The notes under the pieces: model-generated
The model's database searches: none
What the model was told of the DNA's origin: nothing
What the model saw: only the letters and a program-made list of their open reading frames with translations
Shown: positions 61,505-64,000 of the stretch, in pieces
Numbering within the stretch: position 1 is the first letter of the stretch
How the letters are laid out: every line of letters begins with the position of its first letter
Translations under genes and position numbers: made by a program
IMG/VR virus record: IMGVR_UViG_3300047160_035018
Length of the DNA: 64,000 nucleotides
Source of the DNA: an uncultured virus (IMG/VR IMGVR_UViG_3300047160_035018)
Lineage: Duplodnaviria > Heunggongvirae > Uroviricota > Caudoviricetes
Direction: 5' to 3' (one strand)

Positions 61505-63491
61505 CTTCCTCGGAGGAGGCGATTTCGGTCTGGGCGAGCTCGCGGCCGAACCGACTGTTCAGGCGCAGTTGAGTAACCAGTTCGACAAACTCCGTCACTT
61601 CCCCGGTCGGCGCAACTGGGATCTTCTCTATGGTCAGATGATCCATGGTCCGATCGCTGGTTACCAACCCTGGGTCGTCGTTGATGCGCGCAAGCCGGGC
61701 CGTGCCCAGATCATCGGCCCACACTTTTCGACGGAGATGGCTCTCGTGACTGCGGTCGAGAAGCACGACACCACCGAGGGGGACCTCGCGAACATTCTGC
61801 GTGAGATGCGCTACAAGAGCCGAGCACCGGCAGCGCGCGTTCCGCAACTGGTCTACACGTACTACGACTTGCCCGGCGTGAAGTACGGTCGGACCGACGA
61901 CGACCGATGGCAGGCGTACGACGTGACCGGGGACCGGCCCGTGCCGCTCGGGCCGAGCTACGAGAGCCAGGGCGAGCTCGTCGCGGCGTTCGACTTCCTG
62001 TCGCGCGAGCCCGCAACGTTCCGCAAGGAAGCACGAGCCCTCGTCAAGCGGCGCCAACGCGAGAAGGCCCAGAAGGCCCAGAGGGCCAAGAAGCCCCAGC
62101 CGTCCCCAGCGACGAAGACCCAGAGCCGAGGGGTCAAGCCCTTCGCGCTCATGATCAACCCGAAGACCCTCGATCTCGTCGAGATGTACCGGAGTCCGAG
62201 TCACAACTACCGCCTGGGCTTCCTCGGCAAGCCCGAGTCCTGCATCGCCAACGCCTACACGGCCGAGGACGCCGATCTGGATGGCCAGTCCTACGTCCGC
62301 ATCCACTCGCCGGGCACCTGTGAGAACCCCGCCGACTTCTCTGTTGGCGGTGTGAACCCCGAGTACCAGGGCGACAAGTACGGCCTCCTCCTCTACGCCG
62401 GCGTTGCCGTCGACGCCTACCTGAACCGTGACTATAAGGGCGTCTTCTCCCAGGAGGGCACCCGCTCGCGCGATGCCGACAAGCTCTGGTCGGGTCTCGT
62501 CAAGCACGGGACCGCCCACGACGTCGAGGGTCACCTCGCGACCGAGGAAGAGGTCGAGAACACAGATCAGTTCTGCTGCGAGGTCGAAGCGCCGGGCCAA
62601 GCCTGGTTCGACGTGCGGCGGAACGGCTCGAAGGTCTACCGGAAGGAGATCTGCGAGAACCTCGACTACACCGAGATGGTCGAGTCCGACGACGCCGGGA
62701 CCTTCCAGGTCATCAAGGGTGAGGAGATGCTCGACTCCGGCTTCGTCCTCTGGGCCTCGAACCTCGAGGACGATGCCCAGACGGCCCCCGTCGACCTCGC
62801 CGTCCGGGCGAAGGTCAAGGACAAGGACGGCGCGCTCCGGCTCGGGCAGATCCTACGCGACAAGTACGGCGAGACGGCCTATCTCTCGTTCATGGGACGC
62901 ACCGACATCCGCGAGCTCTTCGGCCAGCACCGCCTGCCCGGGATCTCCGGCACCGCCAAGCCGCCCGAACTCCCACCTCTCTCGGACCGGTCCAAGCGCC
63001 TCATCGCGCTCTTTGACGACCTCCCCGCCGTCGGTAAGGACCTCGAAGGACCCGACATCACCTCAGCCATGACCTCTGCGCGGTCGAGCTCGGGCCGCGA
63101 CCTCGATGGCCCCGCGCTCGATGGCCCCGCGCTCGGAGATCTCGGGGCCCGTCCGCGGCGCGCCGAGGAACCCGAGGGGAACGAGCGCATGGACCTCCTC
63201 GCCGAGCGGGACCGGCTCTGGCGAGAGCAGGAGCGCTGGGCCTTCCGCTCGGGCCCCGCCGCCCGCAAGAAGGAAAACGAGATCGAGGCCGAGATCCACA
63301 GGGTGGAGGAGCGAATCCGGGCCCTGCCGCGGACCACCCTGGAAGGGATCTACGCGGGGTCCGGGACGGCCATCGTCCTCGTCTTGGCCGGCGGCGCACT
63401 CCTCGGCGGGCTCCTCTGGGCCCTCCTCCGGGCCCACCCGGCCCCGGTGGCCCCGGTCCCCTTGAACCCACTCCAAGGAGCATGGCGATGA
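61494..63491 (+). CDS. Large multidomain membrane-anchored protein with a GNAT-like segment
   Basis: FLGGGDFGLGE leader; VNPEYQGDKYGLLLY..SRDADKLW; DLEGP/DLDGPALDGPALGDLG linker; C-terminal TM. Confidence 0.75.
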   Translation: MRPSFLGGGDFGLGELAAEPTVQAQLSNQFDKLRHFPGRRNWDLLYGQMIHGPIAGYQPWVVVDARKPGRAQIIGPHFSTEMALVTAVEKHDTTEGDLANILREMRYKSRAPAARVPQLVYTYYDLPGVKYGRTDDDRWQAYDVTGDRPVPLGPSYESQGELVAAFDFLSREPATFRKEARALVKRRQREKAQKAQRAKKPQPSPATKTQSRGVKPFALMINPKTLDLVEMYRSPSHNYRLGFLGKPESCIANAYTAEDADLDGQSYVRIHSPGTCENPADFSVGGVNPEYQGDKYGLLLYAGVAVDAYLNRDYKGVFSQEGTRSRDADKLWSGLVKHGTAHDVEGHLATEEEVENTDQFCCEVEAPGQAWFDVRRNGSKVYRKEICENLDYTEMVESDDAGTFQVIKGEEMLDSGFVLWASNLEDDAQTAPVDLAVRAKVKDKDGALRLGQILRDKYGETAYLSFMGRTDIRELFGQHRLPGISGTAKPPELPPLSDRSKRLIALFDDLPAVGKDLEGPDITSAMTSARSSSGRDLDGPALDGPALGDLGARPRRAEEPEGNERMDLLAERDRLWREQERWAFRSGPAARKKENEIEAEIHRVEERIRALPRTTLEGIYAGSGTAIVLVLAGGALLGGLLWALLRAHPAPVAPVPLNPLQGAWR

Positions 63492-63904
63492 CCGGCAAGG
63501 ACATCCTCATCGGTCTCGGCATCGGTGTCGCCGGGGCCCTCGTCGGCGCCGCCATCGTGATCCGGCGCGCCTCCACCCTGACCCTCCTCGGCGAGGGACT
63601 GGACGGCCGGGTCATCGCGCTCGAGGGCCGGGTCGGGGTCCTCGAAGAGCGCGCCGACCACGGTATGGAACTCCTCGCCGGCTTCGGATCGCGCATCGAG
63701 GTCCTCGAACGGAGACGGCCCCAGATCGAGTACGTCTTTCACCAGGTGCCCCAGCAGGTGCCGATGCCCCAGCAGGCACCTCAGGCGATGGCGCCCCGGC
63801 CGCCGGCGCCGCGGCCCGTGGTTCCGCTCCTCTCGGCGCCCGACACGCGCGACGACTACAACGACATGCTGGCCCGCCGGTTCTCGCGGCTCGAGCTCAA
63901 CTAG
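63488..63904 (+). CDS. TM plus coiled-coil protein
   Basis: AAGGAG RBS; N-terminal TM; LEGRVGVLEER heptads. Confidence 0.7.
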   Translation: MTGKDILIGLGIGVAGALVGAAIVIRRASTLTLLGEGLDGRVIALEGRVGVLEERADHGMELLAGFGSRIEVLERRRPQIEYVFHQVPQQVPMPQQAPQAMAPRPPAPRPVVPLLSAPDTRDDYNDMLARRFSRLELN

Positions 63905-64000
63905 CCTTTCATTTACTGGAGCGTATCGGGGCGTACCATGGTTCCATGCTGGCACGTGAAGTCCCCATCCTGCCCGCGACGCCAGAGCCACGGTCCCCAT

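Noticed and set aside
1..64000. tRNA, rRNA or host housekeeping genes; prophage att ends
   Set aside because: None recognisable by eye; the window appears to be internal to the element, so host and boundaries cannot be assigned

Overview
The whole 64 kb window (high GC) reads as part of a single, gene-dense virus or provirus genome, with many ATGA/GTGA-coupled ORFs and no obvious host housekeeping genes. I see no terminase, portal, HK97-type capsid, tape-measure or tail genes. Instead there is (i) a minus-strand cluster at ~35.0-42.4 kb of beta-rich proteins that look like single-jelly-roll capsid/penton proteins plus three tandem paralogous ~340-aa spike-like proteins; (ii) well over a dozen small single-pass membrane proteins, several very Cys-rich (10-16 kb, 32.7-34.1 kb, 43-45 kb, 61-64 kb); (iii) a membrane-anchored transglutaminase-fold Cys-His-Asp enzyme; and (iv) several tiny Lys/Arg/Cys-rich peptides. 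This suggests a large tailless, internal-membrane virus (inference; no packaging ATPase is visible in this window). It is joined to a lambdoid-type early region (Cro-like HTH, initiator with palindromic iterons, DnaC-like loader, Bet/RecT, ParB-like protein, sigma factor), a DNA-modification region (two near-identical C5 MTases, an N4/N6 MTase, a frameshifted TGT/DpdA-like gene, a PAPS-reductase remnant, a tyrosine recombinase and a mini cassette array) and a glycosylation/tailoring cluster (GT2, GT-B, sulfotransferase, SAM MTase, radical SAM, peptide deformylase). The most striking unexplained pattern is a shared N-terminal 'basic stretch / x-L-G / G-L-G' leader on about 15 otherwise unrelated putative virion proteins, suggesting a virus-encoded proteolytic maturation or targeting system. 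All family calls come from motif recognition by eye; no database searches were run.
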